A DNA stretch of 64,000 nucleotides, taken from a virus (Duplodnaviria; Caudoviricetes). A model generated the notes under the pieces. The model was not told the DNA's origin. It did no database searches and worked only from the letters and a program-made list of their open reading frames with translations. Below are positions 49,588-59,685 of the stretch, in pieces (the first letter of the stretch is position 1; each line of letters opens with the position of its first letter). The stretch lies in IMG/VR virus record IMGVR_UViG_3300021185_003947. One strand, 5' to 3'. The position numbers were made by a program, and so were the translations under genes.

Positions 49588-50602
49588 CATGTTTTGCGAG
49601 TTCCATCATTAAACTTTTTGGTGCACCACAAATATCTCCATCCCATCCTAATTGATGACAATCACCTCCACAAAATCTAGATACAGGGCAAGATAAACAA
49701 TTAGGATTACGCATTTTTTCTTCTAATATAGTACGAATTCTTTTTGGACTTTTTAACAATGTATCAATTGAATCGTCTAAACTTCCAAAGGCTTGTTCTG
49801 GCGCGCTGTTTGGACATCCTGCAATAGTACCATTGCCGTTTATTGTAAATAGCTTTTGTTCACAATCTCTACAAAAAGTTCCACATGTAGTCATAGTCTT
49901 TTCAAACTTAGCATATACATTTTCTAGAAAGTCGTTTTCAAACCAATCTCGTGCTCCGTGCTCTTCACTTTGCATGTGCATTTTTAAAAAATATTCATCA
50001 AGTTCTTTATTGCTTGGAAATATTTCTGATGCTTCTCGGGCACTACCATTATTAGTTAGTCTTTCCAGTGAAACTTCTTGCACACCAAGTCGGCGGCACC
50101 ATCTTAATAATACTATGGGATCTTTTGCAAGCGTATCTTTTGTAAGACTAATAAACAAACGAATAGTAACACCATCTGCCAAAAGTGTTTTAACATTTTT
50201 ATGCCAAAGATTATATTGGTTTTTATTTTCAAATCGAATCTTACGATCCCACGATGTGCCAAGTCTATTTCCAAGAGGACCTTTAATAAAATCCATATGC
50301 TGATCTTTTAATTTAAAAACTAAATTAGTTGTGGCACCCCACGACATTTGATCCCATAAACCATCACATGCATCATATACCTTTCGCATTTGGCCAACCG
50401 GCACAAGAAACGGTTCACCGCCATGAAATTCCATATGTATAGAATCTTGTGCTGCAGGTTTTTCTTTTCTAAATCTATGAATCCAGTCAACTAGCTTATC
50501 AGTATTCCAATAAATCTTTTGACCACTTCTTCCGCTTGTAAAACAATGCGCACAATTAAGCTGACATGTTTCTGTTGTTTTGAGATACATCAGCCAGTTC
50601 AT
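49583..50602 (-). CDS. Radical SAM/SPASM peptide-maturase-like protein
   Basis: CQLNCAHC, FHGGEP, CGTFCRDC...GCPN, CLSCPVSRFCGGDC...C. Confidence 0.95.
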   Translation of the reverse strand: MNWLMYLKTTETCQLNCAHCFTSGRSGQKIYWNTDKLVDWIHRFRKEKPAAQDSIHMEFHGGEPFLVPVGQMRKVYDACDGLWDQMSWGATTNLVFKLKDQHMDFIKGPLGNRLGTSWDRKIRFENKNQYNLWHKNVKTLLADGVTIRLFISLTKDTLAKDPIVLLRWCRRLGVQEVSLERLTNNGSAREASEIFPSNKELDEYFLKMHMQSEEHGARDWFENDFLENVYAKFEKTMTTCGTFCRDCEQKLFTINGNGTIAGCPNSAPEQAFGSLDDSIDTLLKSPKRIRTILEEKMRNPNCLSCPVSRFCGGDCHQLGWDGDICGAPKSLMMELAKHV

Positions 50603-51083
50603 TATTAATTTTATCCTCTGTATAATTTTCTAAACCAAAGCTTAAAGTTAATGCTTCATCTTTATTTAATGCTTGATGAGGCGTATAAGCTGGTATATGT
50701 ATATATTCTCCTTGAATAATAGTCACTGGCTTATCATCAATTATTAAAGACTTAGATCCTTCACAGCAATATATAACAACATCATCTGGATCGGTATGCA
50801 TATCAAAAGAATAAGACCCAGCCATTGCAAAAAATAAATGACATGTAACATGTTGTTCATGTTTCCAATCAGTTTTTATTTTCCAACAATATTCATATAT
50901 TGTTGAATTAAAGTTTTCCATACGTTCGATTTTTATAGAATGGTTTTGTTTTTGTACTTTACAAAAATCACTGAAACTAGTAATTAGCTGTTCACGACCC
51001 TGTTCATCTATAGCATAAACCATATTTTGTTCATACATATGATTTGCAGTAAGTGCAGATATGAGTTGAGATTTATTAATCAT
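50556..51083 (-). CDS. JmjC/cupin-4-like Fe(II)/2OG oxygenase
   Basis: SFDMHTDPDDV...EGSK...YIHIPAYTPHQA (HxD...H triad). Confidence 0.82.
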   Translation of the reverse strand: MINKSQLISALTANHMYEQNMVYAIDEQGREQLITSFSDFCKVQKQNHSIKIERMENFNSTIYEYCWKIKTDWKHEQHVTCHLFFAMAGSYSFDMHTDPDDVVIYCCEGSKSLIIDDKPVTIIQGEYIHIPAYTPHQALNKDEALTLSFGLENYTEDKINNELADVSQNNRNMSA

Positions 51084-51089
51084 TATTTA

Positions 51090-51118
51090 ATTATATACTA
51101 TTTTTAATTAAATGTAAA
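51090..51118 (-). promoter_or_regulatory. sigma70-type early promoter TTTACA-N17-TATAAT, probably leaderless transcript
   Basis: -35 at 51113-51118, -10 at 51090-51095, ATG only 6 nt further on, no Shine-Dalgarno. Confidence 0.75.
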
Positions 51119-51125
51119 CAGTTAT

Positions 51126-52685
51126 TTACACTTTAAGGACACATTCTATCAATTTTTCTTCATCTACAGTAGACGATTCTAAAGCTACACCTACCATCAT
51201 AGCTCCATTAAATTCTTTACTTGCTCGGCCATTATGGTGTGTATATACTGGATCACCTTTATGAACTCCACCAACAACCCTTACTGGAACTCTTCCTTTA
51301 AGACCTAAAGCTTGACCAGGAGCGTCTGCATTCATTAAATAAGCAGGTTGAGCTGAAATTACGCCGACTGGAATTCCACTTGATGTGCAAGGAGTAGTTT
51401 CTTCAGTTTTATTAAATGACGCCATCATTACTGTTCCAACTGGATGCTCTTCGCTTGTAGTATATTTTTCTGCAAGGTCAGCATAATTTGCAGTTGCAGC
51501 ATTACCAGCAATTGTACCGGAAGATAATGTTTGTGTTGATGGATTATACATTAAATGTCCATCATCAGTATCAATATAAGGTCTTTGATAACCTGTGCCA
51601 TTATTATCGCTAAATAATACTTGGTAATTTACATCGTCATTTTTTTCATCAACTTTTACAAAATCAGCTTCGCCTCCAGAAACTGTACAAGCGCCAGTAT
51701 TTGCCATTGTAACATGACCAGATAATGCTGCAGTAGTAAAACCTGAGCCATTACCAATTAGAATTTGTGTGTCTGCTACTGTAATATCTGAAGGATCTGC
51801 TGCTGAAGAACTATTTCCAACTTTTACTGAATTTGCTGGCATATTGGCAAGCTTATCATTAGTCACAGCATCATCAGTTATTTGACCTGTTATTACTTGC
51901 CCTGCCTGAATACCTCCAGATGCTTGGCGACCAATTACAGTATTAGTTCCTGCTTGTACAGAGCCAATATCACCAGCAGCTGATCTACCAATAACTGAAT
52001 GATCTGGTATTGCTAAATCTCCTGGATCACCACTAGTACCTGCCTGGCGAGTTTTTATTGTATATCCTGCCATATTAGCAAGCTTAGCATTAGTTACTTG
52101 ATCATCTGATATCATATCAGTTTGAATTTGCACTTCTTCAATTGTTCCAGAATCTGTTTTACCAAGCACTCTATTTGCAGTTACGATGTCTTGCATTTTA
52201 TCATAGGTTACAACATCAGGCTGAATTGTGACCACGCCAGCATTTGTCATAAGAACATCTTGAGATAAAGCGGTAGATGTAAAACCAGTTCCATTACCAA
52301 TTAAAATTTGCTCGTTAGTAACTGCCTTATTTGATGATGCTCCAGTAGTTCCGGCATCTCTTACCTTAACAGTATTTGCTGGCATATCTTCTAATTTAAG
52401 ACCAGATGCTTCTTGAGTTAAACCGTGACCACCCGCTACTGAAAATGTTCCACTTGAATCTCCAGTAAGGTTTCCATTAACACTAGTTTTTAAAATTCCA
52501 TTTCCTGCATTATAGTTTCTTCGCACAGCTTTACTAAAATTTAAGGCTTTTACTATATTTGAATCATGGCCAGCATAGTCACTACTAAGATCATCTAGAT
52601 CACCGATGTGAGCAGCAATATTATTAGATTTTACTCTAAAAGTGTTAATTGTATCACTTAAATTTATAACTGTCTGTCTAGCCAT
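51126..52685 (-). CDS. Tail fibre/spike protein with C-terminal chaperone-like domain
   Basis: N-terminal DTINTFRVKSN adaptor, VTxxKL/M repeats, C-terminal YADLAEKY...GLKGRVPVRV. Confidence 0.7.
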   Translation of the reverse strand: MARQTVINLSDTINTFRVKSNNIAAHIGDLDDLSSDYAGHDSNIVKALNFSKAVRRNYNAGNGILKTSVNGNLTGDSSGTFSVAGGHGLTQEASGLKLEDMPANTVKVRDAGTTGASSNKAVTNEQILIGNGTGFTSTALSQDVLMTNAGVVTIQPDVVTYDKMQDIVTANRVLGKTDSGTIEEVQIQTDMISDDQVTNAKLANMAGYTIKTRQAGTSGDPGDLAIPDHSVIGRSAAGDIGSVQAGTNTVIGRQASGGIQAGQVITGQITDDAVTNDKLANMPANSVKVGNSSSAADPSDITVADTQILIGNGSGFTTAALSGHVTMANTGACTVSGGEADFVKVDEKNDDVNYQVLFSDNNGTGYQRPYIDTDDGHLMYNPSTQTLSSGTIAGNAATANYADLAEKYTTSEEHPVGTVMMASFNKTEETTPCTSSGIPVGVISAQPAYLMNADAPGQALGLKGRVPVRVVGGVHKGDPVYTHHNGRASKEFNGAMMVGVALESSTVDEEKLIECVLKV

Positions 52686-52917
52686 TTGATTCTACCATTT
52701 TCTTTGTTATTTGCGCCAGCATTTGTTTTATTTCGCTTACATCATTTTTCAACTCGGCAAGTTCTTTTTCTTTTTCAGCGTCTAATTTTTTCTTTATTCT
52801 AGCTCTATTGATAGCATCACTATTAATATTTAATATAGCACCACTATTTAAATCTTTAACTAAATTGGGATGGCCCTGAATTTTTATACTGTTTATTTTA
52901 CTTTTCACCTTAAACAC
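52678..52917 (-). CDS. Small hypothetical protein with coiled-coil C-terminus
   Basis: GHPNLVKD..SGAILN...LKNDVSEIKQML; coupled to both neighbours. Confidence 0.75.
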   Translation of the reverse strand: MFKVKSKINSIKIQGHPNLVKDLNSGAILNINSDAINRARIKKKLDAEKEKELAELKNDVSEIKQMLAQITKKMVESNG

Positions 52918-55900
52918 CCAATGCTATAACTCTTAAATCTTTAACTGTTGGAACTTTTGAACTATTATTAGCAAAGAATACTATTTTTATTTGAAACGTA
53001 GTAAATGCTGGTATAGTTCCATCAGTTCCACCAATTAAATAATTGTATTCTTTATATGAATATGGATCATCTGATATTGAAACTGGCGCTTCAAGTGTGG
53101 CAAGTTCCCAATTAATATCTGTCAATATAGTATCTTCTGTACCCGTTTTAAAATATACGTCAAATAAAGCACCGGTTGGTCTATTTGCTGCTAACATTAC
53201 TTTTAAACCAACTGCAGTATTTGTTAACGTTACAGGTTTTGTAATATGTTTAGCAAGCGCACTTCCACTAAATGGTGTTGTTTCTGCAGCATAATCGAAG
53301 ACCACGTTTTGACCAGAAGTAGCTACATCAATAGGTCTATCAATTTCATTTTTTGTAAGTACTAATGAAGCTCTTTGTAAATCTATTACTGGAGAAACAA
53401 ATGAACTTGTTGTACTTAATGATATTCTTAAAGATCCAGTATTAACTCCACCTAATCCACCAATACCTGTTGCAGTGTCTTCTTTTACGGCATTGGCTAC
53501 CATTATTGGATTTTCAAAATGATTTTTTTGATTAAGCGCAATATCAGTATATCCTCCAGCTGGCGCAATGTATGGTGTTTCTAATGCAACATTAGAATAT
53601 CCACTATAAATGCTTGCTTTTGGAATTACACTTGTTAAAGGTGGATTAAGCATTTGAACAATAGGATATAAAGTATTTCCTTGAATATTTTTAGTTGCGG
53701 ATATTACACTACCACCACCTTGAGCAGCTGAAGTAGCTGATCCTGCAGCTAATGTAATTTTATATCCTGTTGGATCTATATGCGTTATCGTATGAGTAGT
53801 GTTAAGTTGAACGGCTGTAACACCACCAACTGCTATAGCTCCAGTAATAGCAACTTTATCTCCAACAAATAAATTATGATTCTTATGGAAAACTCTTATT
53901 GAAGTTGGAGCTGAAGTATTTGTTAGAATTGGATTAGGACCTAATAATGCAAGAGGTAAATCTGCTGTATTAAGTTGAGCAATTGCTTGTATATTAGTAG
54001 CAAAATCAGCTCTATATAATGTAAATTTCATATCTTGTTCTTGAGAAGCTTCCCAAGTGGTACTGTTTTGCGACTTAAAGAAAGATCCTAAGAATGGTTG
54101 TTTTGTAATTCTTCTTGAAGTAGAACCTAATTCAAAGTCACCCATGAATGATGTCCATAGTAAATAATCAGTATTATCACATATACATACAACTGCATAT
54201 TCAGTTCTACCAGACAAATAAATCGGCTCATCAAAAGTAAATGTCGTAGGAAGCGATGCATCATCAGAAATACTAACATTTCCAGGTGATAAGTATTTTC
54301 TAGATCCTGGTACAATTGTATTTGATGCTGGATAGCCATTTACAAGAGGTCTTAATTCAATCCATACTGGTAATGTAGCATGCTTTGTTTTAAAATATAA
54401 ATCAATTTTGCAAACAAATATACCTTCATCTTGAGGAATATAAAACGATTGACCTAATGGATCCCTTTGCCTATTATCATCCTCCACCCGCACAGGTGGT
54501 ATAGGTCTCAATCTAGATCCAGTAACTACTCTACTACTACTTGAAACTCTAGAGCCAACTACAGTAAGATGTCGAGTAGATAATATTTGTTCTTGAAAAG
54601 TTTCTAGAGCGCCAGAAGCATTATATGATGTTACTGCAGATGATCCTACCACGCCTCCGTTTTCAGGAGTTTCTGTAACATCAAGTAACATAAAATCAGC
54701 TTGACCAGTTCTAAATTTAGTTGTACTATTATTGGGAATAAAAAATGATCCTGATATTCCTCCTAGTGCATCACTAAGTAAAGCACCTGCCCCATCCGGG
54801 TGAGTTGTAAGATTATTTGGTGATTCAAATTCAACTCTTGCTGAATTAATTCTATCAAAGTTTCCAGTACTTCTAACAAAATCATCCATTTTAACGTTAT
54901 TTAAGTATGCAAAATGATATGCATTTGGCCGCAACCCAATAGCTTCAAAACTAACTTTTCTACTTCTCATAAATGGTATAACTGCTACATCAATAATTCT
55001 ATCACCCAATGATGTTCTAATAGTTTCAGAAGCTACTACTCTATTTACAATTGAACTTGTGGTTTGGTCAAATCCCCAAACAGTTAATCTTCCACTAGTC
55101 TGAGAGAATGCTCGACTAGATGATGTTGTAGTTCCTGCTACTGTAGTTTCATCACCAACTTCAAGACCTTCAATATCATTACCTAACCAACCCCATTCGG
55201 ATTGATCAAAGAGAAGTGCTTGGTCAAGATTTAATCTTGTTCCACCATCTATTACTTTTGCCGCCGCTCTTTGATCTACTTTCCATTCATCTGATTGAGG
55301 AGATAGATTTATTGACCCATTATATATAGAAATCATATATGGATTAACATTTTCTGTACGAGATACAACTGTTTGACTGATATATTCAACATCTGTATAT
55401 TTAATGTAAACGTTATCTCCTTTTAGAACAGTATCTGGAGTATCTACACCACTAACAGTCCTTGAAGAAGAAGTTGCAGCATCATAAATAAGTCCTACAT
55501 TGTATTCAGTAAATGGTGGATGTAAAGTCATAGTTTTTGGATTAACTGAAGCTCTATATTCTACTGAATTAGTATTTGAATGAAATAGATCTTTAAAATT
55601 GTCTACAAGAAATCCAGATTTAGTTCTATTATTTCCACTGCCGTCAACTACTTCAAAAGCGTTTGTATCAAGTTCTAATAAACTAAGTGATACGGTTTCT
55701 TCAAGTAAATCTACTCGCTTATCGATTTTACCAATATCTTTCATGGTATAACCTTTATTTTCAACAAACTTAACGACCATGTCAGAAGAAGAAATTGTAC
55801 CACCATTAAGTGATGATCTATATAGTTCTAAAGATTTAGGTGGTTGAGATGGTAATACTGGATTATCGGCTGGAGTTCCTTCTAGATTTTCTAAAATACC

Positions 55901-58174
55901 CTCAGCATTTATAATGATTCTATCTTGTCTTGGTAGATAGTGCTCGATTCTAACATTTATGAGTGTATCGTTTTGAGGCAACTCGTTAACTACACCACCA
56001 GTTGCTCCGCCGACGTCGTTATATACTGTTCCGCCTGGTGCAATTGCTGATCTAAAATCTACTACATCTCTTAATTGAACTACTGTTCCATCTCTCATAA
56101 TATATTCTGGAATATCACCATATGCTGCTGGAAGACCAGGATAAGATCCTACCGCAAAACATACACCAGCTCCATGTTGATAATATGTGAATTCAACATA
56201 AACATTACCAGTAAGACTGCTTGTAGATTTTCTTATTAATTTTCCAAGACCATAAAAGCCATCTCGCTGACCATTATCGACTACAAATTGATCACTTACA
56301 TCTGCTCCGCTTGAAGATCCGGCTTTAATCATTGTTACTGCAATAATATCATTTTGATCTAAATCAACTGTACCAATACCACCACTTACAGAAATAGCAA
56401 TTGTCTTTTGCTGATTAGCCGAGATTGTTTTTGATCTAACAGAGATATTACTTGATTTTTTAACGTATGCTAATACTTCAACATCATTAGTAGCATGAGG
56501 CAAACTAGTAATTTGAATTGTTTGACTACCTGGCGATCCTATTGTTGCTGCGGTTGTAACTGTTCCACCTTGCATTACAATCCAATCACCAGTATTATCA
56601 AATACTTCTCCAGAAAGTGCTGTAAGTGTTATGGAATTACTTGAAGGTGTTCCAGTAAATTTTCTCATTACTGTTAAATTAACAATTGCAATATCTTTAG
56701 GTCTTTTATAAGGAACTTCAAAAAATAAATTATTATCATTTGCTTCTTTAAGAACTGCTCCAGCAGGGCTTCCTTCTAATACTAATGTTGAACATGCACT
56801 TGTACTAGGACCAATTTTAACTGCATCTCTAAAACTATTTGTACCTGTCATTACTACATCAAATATAAAGACTCTAAAGTTAGAACCAAATGCTGCCGGA
56901 GCATCAACGTGTCGTACTCTACAAGTTCCTAATACTGAATTATCAGCTTTGTAAATATTGACTGCTGGAAATGTAGTTTTTTGATTGCCACTTGGTGAAT
57001 CCATTGGTAATTCACCAACAAATCCTGATACAATTACATAGCTTCCATATTCTGCAGGAATAGAACTAATATCGCCAGTTGAAGTATTTCCAGCAAAAGT
57101 AGTAGCTTTATTAATAGCTAATGTCGTTTGAGTGGGACGATTAATTCTATGTCCATTCACATATGCTTTACCTGAACTTAATACCGCATTAAGTGTTGAA
57201 GCTGATCCAGAATCATATGTTAAATAAAATGGATCTACAACATAATTACCAGATTCTTCAGAAGTTCTTTGAGCAATTAAATCATTAATTTTATTGTATT
57301 GATTAAAACCAGTTGCTTGTTCGACTATTACAGAATTAATTATATTTGCAATATACATAAACGTTTCTAAACCTGGAGTAGATGGTTTAGTTGCAAGTGT
57401 TAACGTTATTCTATAACGATCAGCTCCAGGAGCAGAAATATTTGGAAATTGTCCTTGATTATCAAATAATGAAACGTCGTCAGATGCTGTAACAATATCT
57501 TGAACTACATTAAATCCTACAATTCCTGTAAAATCATTACTATATTTGGAAATAATTTTTGATTGCGATTTAGCATGGACAAAATGTCCTTGAGCAAAAT
57601 AATCACCAGCCGCAACCGATAGTCTTACACCTTGACCATATGATGGATCAGCATCTGTATGGTTAGCTTTAATTTTATATGACTCACTACCATTGTCTAT
57701 TTGAATAGTTTCATCTGGTAAAAATCTTAATGTAGATGTCCCAGCGGTTTGCGATCCTCCACTTCGATACATAATATAAAGTGTAGGTGGACAACTTGCA
57801 GTGCCATCGCCGTTTTCAGCAGAAATAATCTCAGCGCTAATGCCAGATGTTAATCCATTAAATATGGCACCTGGTACAGCTAATGTATTTGCCGGCCATT
57901 CAGTTGCAGGAGCTTGTAAAACACTAGGTTGTAATTTAACAAATTCAATATTAGCATTAATACTAATACCGCCTGGATTAACCATTGCTCCTTCTTTAAA
58001 GATATTTCTACCAAACCGCTCCAGATCTTTTTGAATAATAGTTTGAGACTGAGTTAGTTCTCTGGCCTGTAGAGCTCGCCGAGGATTAAAAAGAATTCTT
58101 TTAAACCCGTCACTATCGGAAAAATCATCCTTATAGGTAGCATTCATTAAGTTTTCTGAAAAAGTTACTGTCAT
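52910..58174 (-). CDS. Large baseplate/virion structural protein (DUF4815/VrlC-like)
   Basis: YKDDF...RILFNP..ALQARELTQ.Q, APGADRY, RTSEESGNY, KSGFLVDNF, DPLGQSF. Confidence 0.8.
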   Translation of the reverse strand: MTVTFSENLMNATYKDDFSDSDGFKRILFNPRRALQARELTQSQTIIQKDLERFGRNIFKEGAMVNPGGISINANIEFVKLQPSVLQAPATEWPANTLAVPGAIFNGLTSGISAEIISAENGDGTASCPPTLYIMYRSGGSQTAGTSTLRFLPDETIQIDNGSESYKIKANHTDADPSYGQGVRLSVAAGDYFAQGHFVHAKSQSKIISKYSNDFTGIVGFNVVQDIVTASDDVSLFDNQGQFPNISAPGADRYRITLTLATKPSTPGLETFMYIANIINSVIVEQATGFNQYNKINDLIAQRTSEESGNYVVDPFYLTYDSGSASTLNAVLSSGKAYVNGHRINRPTQTTLAINKATTFAGNTSTGDISSIPAEYGSYVIVSGFVGELPMDSPSGNQKTTFPAVNIYKADNSVLGTCRVRHVDAPAAFGSNFRVFIFDVVMTGTNSFRDAVKIGPSTSACSTLVLEGSPAGAVLKEANDNNLFFEVPYKRPKDIAIVNLTVMRKFTGTPSSNSITLTALSGEVFDNTGDWIVMQGGTVTTAATIGSPGSQTIQITSLPHATNDVEVLAYVKKSSNISVRSKTISANQQKTIAISVSGGIGTVDLDQNDIIAVTMIKAGSSSGADVSDQFVVDNGQRDGFYGLGKLIRKSTSSLTGNVYVEFTYYQHGAGVCFAVGSYPGLPAAYGDIPEYIMRDGTVVQLRDVVDFRSAIAPGGTVYNDVGGATGGVVNELPQNDTLINVRIEHYLPRQDRIIINAEGILENLEGTPADNPVLPSQPPKSLELYRSSLNGGTISSSDMVVKFVENKGYTMKDIGKIDKRVDLLEETVSLSLLELDTNAFEVVDGSGNNRTKSGFLVDNFKDLFHSNTNSVEYRASVNPKTMTLHPPFTEYNVGLIYDAATSSSRTVSGVDTPDTVLKGDNVYIKYTDVEYISQTVVSRTENVNPYMISIYNGSINLSPQSDEWKVDQRAAAKVIDGGTRLNLDQALLFDQSEWGWLGNDIEGLEVGDETTVAGTTTSSSRAFSQTSGRLTVWGFDQTTSSIVNRVVASETIRTSLGDRIIDVAVIPFMRSRKVSFEAIGLRPNAYHFAYLNNVKMDDFVRSTGNFDRINSARVEFESPNNLTTHPDGAGALLSDALGGISGSFFIPNNSTTKFRTGQADFMLLDVTETPENGGVVGSSAVTSYNASGALETFQEQILSTRHLTVVGSRVSSSSRVVTGSRLRPIPPVRVEDDNRQRDPLGQSFYIPQDEGIFVCKIDLYFKTKHATLPVWIELRPLVNGYPASNTIVPGSRKYLSPGNVSISDDASLPTTFTFDEPIYLSGRTEYAVVCICDNTDYLLWTSFMGDFELGSTSRRITKQPFLGSFFKSQNSTTWEASQEQDMKFTLYRADFATNIQAIAQLNTADLPLALLGPNPILTNTSAPTSIRVFHKNHNLFVGDKVAITGAIAVGGVTAVQLNTTHTITHIDPTGYKITLAAGSATSAAQGGGSVISATKNIQGNTLYPIVQMLNPPLTSVIPKASIYSGYSNVALETPYIAPAGGYTDIALNQKNHFENPIMVANAVKEDTATGIGGLGGVNTGSLRISLSTTSSFVSPVIDLQRASLVLTKNEIDRPIDVATSGQNVVFDYAAETTPFSGSALAKHITKPVTLTNTAVGLKVMLAANRPTGALFDVYFKTGTEDTILTDINWELATLEAPVSISDDPYSYKEYNYLIGGTDGTIPAFTTFQIKIVFFANNSSKVPTVKDLRVIALGV

Positions 58175-58189
58175 ATTATTACTCTACTT

Positions 58190-59599
58190 TTATAGTTGGA
58201 TGATGACTTTAATGTCTTCGGATTGGTTTGCAGTTCGTTGAACTGATGCTCTATTATCTAGATATAATACATCTCCAGTTAATCTATCAACTTCAGCGTT
58301 ATTATCAAATGATTCCATTACACCTTCACCATTTCCATCTACTTCTTGAATAGTTTCACCTACATTAAATAATTTAAATCCTGTATCAGGAGATTGATGA
58401 TAGTGAATTCTTGTTCCACCTGAAACACTTGAATCTACGTTATCTATATATGCTTGTGCACTTGAGCTTACACCTTTAATTTTACGATCTTTACTAAATG
58501 CAATAGTATAAGAAGATAATTTCATATTTCTTGTAGCTATGCCAGTAAGCTCTGTAAAGAGACCTGTAGAATCAGGTTGAAGTGGATTTTTAATAAGACC
58601 AACTTGTCTAAAATCCTGAGATAAAATAAAATCATCATCAGCATCTAAAATTTTAGATCTAAACATTACTGCATCAGCTTTTAAATCTTTTCTAGCGTCA
58701 AATCCAAATCCTGGAGTTGGACCTACAACTGGCCTTGCTCGTGCACTATCTCCACCAGATCCATCTGGTAAAATAATAAGTTCAGCATAATCATAACTAT
58801 CTAAATAATTTAAAGTAGAGCCAGCTGATTTAGTTTGAATTGCTGTAATTGTTCCATTATCTGAGTCAATAATAGGTTTTAAAAAGTTTGCGGCGGAATC
58901 ACCAAATGTTAATGTACCGTTACCTCTAATAACAAGATTAGGAATTGCGCCGGCAGTGCCATATCCACTACCACCGTTTGTCATTACAAATGAAGTGATT
59001 CTACCTGGTACAGCATTTTGCTGAATTTCATATTGTTTAATTTCAATACCAGTAGAATTAGAATCAGGTGCAGTTTCTTGAATATGAACAGGCATATATT
59101 GAGAAGATAAAAAGAAATTTGCTTTCAAAGCACTGATTGTATAAAGAAATTTCCATACATAACCATCAGATGTAGAAAACGGCGCAACATTTTCATTGCC
59201 ACTAGGTTTAACAAGAGATGGTTGTGGGACTCCTTGTTTATTTACACCCGTTCTTAAACAAATATATACTCCAAAATTATCTGTTAAAACATAATATCTT
59301 TTACCAACACTTAAACTTCCTGCTCGTCGGTCATCCCATTGTGGATAAATTGTTCCATATACCCAATCTTGTCTTGGTACAATAAAACTGGCTGCTTCTA
59401 CTTTTTTAACAGATTGAAGTTTTTCTTTAAAATCAATTGCATCAAATTTTGAGTTTAATGGGGTGGTAGCGGCATCATTACTATCCCATTGTTCAGATCT
59501 GCCAATTCCAATATAATACTCATTACCAGCTGAATTATAATCAGCTAATAACTCTTTTAAAATATTGTGTTTTAAATCATCAGTGACGATAGCTACCAT
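58190..59599 (-). CDS. gp8: Baseplate wedge subunit
   Basis: YYIGIGRSEQW, YVLTDNFGVYICL, DGYVWKFLYTI, DFRQVGLIKNP, GDVLYLDNR. Confidence 0.9.
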   Translation of the reverse strand: MVAIVTDDLKHNILKELLADYNSAGNEYYIGIGRSEQWDSNDAATTPLNSKFDAIDFKEKLQSVKKVEAASFIVPRQDWVYGTIYPQWDDRRAGSLSVGKRYYVLTDNFGVYICLRTGVNKQGVPQPSLVKPSGNENVAPFSTSDGYVWKFLYTISALKANFFLSSQYMPVHIQETAPDSNSTGIEIKQYEIQQNAVPGRITSFVMTNGGSGYGTAGAIPNLVIRGNGTLTFGDSAANFLKPIIDSDNGTITAIQTKSAGSTLNYLDSYDYAELIILPDGSGGDSARARPVVGPTPGFGFDARKDLKADAVMFRSKILDADDDFILSQDFRQVGLIKNPLQPDSTGLFTELTGIATRNMKLSSYTIAFSKDRKIKGVSSSAQAYIDNVDSSVSGGTRIHYHQSPDTGFKLFNVGETIQEVDGNGEGVMESFDNNAEVDRLTGDVLYLDNRASVQRTANQSEDIKVIIQL

Positions 59600-59664
59600 A
59601 GTTTATTTCCTATCTTAATATGTTCAAATTGTAATACTAAAAATATTAATTCTGTTGTTGGTTA

Positions 59665-59672
59665 TATTTATA
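59665..59672 (-). promoter_or_regulatory. T4 late promoter TATAAATA
   Basis: Exact consensus upstream of gp8. Confidence 0.85.
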
Positions 59673-59685
59673 TAGTTTTTTGCCT

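Noticed and set aside
40358-51083. Reading the island as a DNA-base hypermodification or queuosine/7-deazaguanine pathway
   Set aside because: No FolE, QueD, QueC or DpdA-like, kinase or nucleotide-transferase motifs are visible; the rSAMs have SPASM-like Cys clusters and flank a Cys/His-motif protein. Not formally excluded without a search.
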